A stretch of DNA of 64,000 nucleotides from Kiritimatiellia bacterium (GTDB taxonomy: Bacteria > Verrucomicrobiota > Kiritimatiellia > JAAZAB01), in assembly GCA_040767085.1 (NCBI GenBank), contig JAXGPF010000007.1, forward strand, positions 1 through 64,000, given 5' to 3'. The number at the start of each line of letters is the position of its first letter. The first letter of the stretch is position 1. Below the pieces are notes generated by a model. The model ran no database searches. It was given only the letters and a program-made list of their open reading frames with translations, and was not told where the DNA came from. The translations under genes and the position numbers were made by a program. Positions 63,690 through 64,000 of this stretch are shown here, piece by piece.

Positions 63690-63725
63690 AAAAAACCGGC
63701 GCGGTATCTCCGCGCCGGTTTTTTT
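63690..63725 (+). terminator. Intrinsic (likely bidirectional) terminator after nifJ
   Basis: AAAAAACCGGCGCGG-TATCT-CCGCGCCGGTTTTTTT. Confidence 0.88.
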
Positions 63726-63733
63726 ATGCAACC

Positions 63734-64000
63734 ATGCGCGCCCCGATCATGCGCCTGAAGCCGGAAGATGCGCGCCCGGTGGTGCGCTACGCCAACTACC
63801 ATCACGTCGCGCCCGCGGCCGTCTGGGGCCCGCGCCGGATTGCCGATCTCGAATTGATCCTCGTGGTGGAGGGCCGGTTCGACTACCGGGAGGATGGTCC
63901 GGCCCGGCATTTGGCGCGGATGGGAGAAATCATCGCCATCCCGCCCGGGATAACCCACACGCTCAAGGTGGCAGAAGGCGTCCGCGCGGCGCGGTTCAGT
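63734..64000 (+). CDS. Probable AraC-family regulator, N-terminal cupin (partial)
   Basis: Manual translation: ...PVVRYANYHHV....WGPRRIADLELILVVEG...GEIIAIPPGITHTL; open to the window end. Confidence 0.7.
   Translation, partial: MRAPIMRLKPEDARPVVRYANYHHVAPAAVWGPRRIADLELILVVEGRFDYREDGPARHLARMGEIIAIPPGITHTLKVAEGVRAARFS

Overview
A GC-rich chromosomal window from an anaerobic bacterium. Gene content and protein style (FG-GAP-tailed giant exoproteins, beta-helix proteins ending in 'GT-x-hydrophobic-x-hydrophobic-R/K', GntR/LacI hybrid regulators) suggest the PVC superphylum, Kiritimatiellota/Lentisphaerota-like; this is inference. Left to right: (1) two tandem paralogous secreted-protein genes sharing a structured, terminator-containing leader; the complete one is ~2339 aa with an X2-like module, ten near-identical 318-bp Ig-like repeats, a duplicated dockerin-like HSAD motif, a Asp/Pro linker and FG-GAP repeats; (2) gspG plus a minor pseudopilin, an MBL hydrolase, an intact archaeal-type topoisomerase VI (top6B-top6A) and leuS; (3) a ~22-kb carbohydrate-utilisation-like region, in which one 1463-codon gene is split by a single in-frame TAG; (4) a decayed island with an IS66 tnpA remnant, a low-GC Kelch gene cleanly interrupted by an IS1380 element (6-bp target duplication) and an Rhs fragment; (5) housekeeping genes: eda, kdgK, pyrK, pyrD, a DUF2723/TMEM260-like glycosyltransferase, nifU-nifS, tolQRA/exbBD-tonB-like genes, a 2-hydroxyacid dehydrogenase, ackA, tRNA-Leu(TAG) and nifJ. 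Intergenic spaces are mosaics of MITE-like, REP-like and short tandem repeats. All family assignments come from motif recognition by eye; no database search was run.
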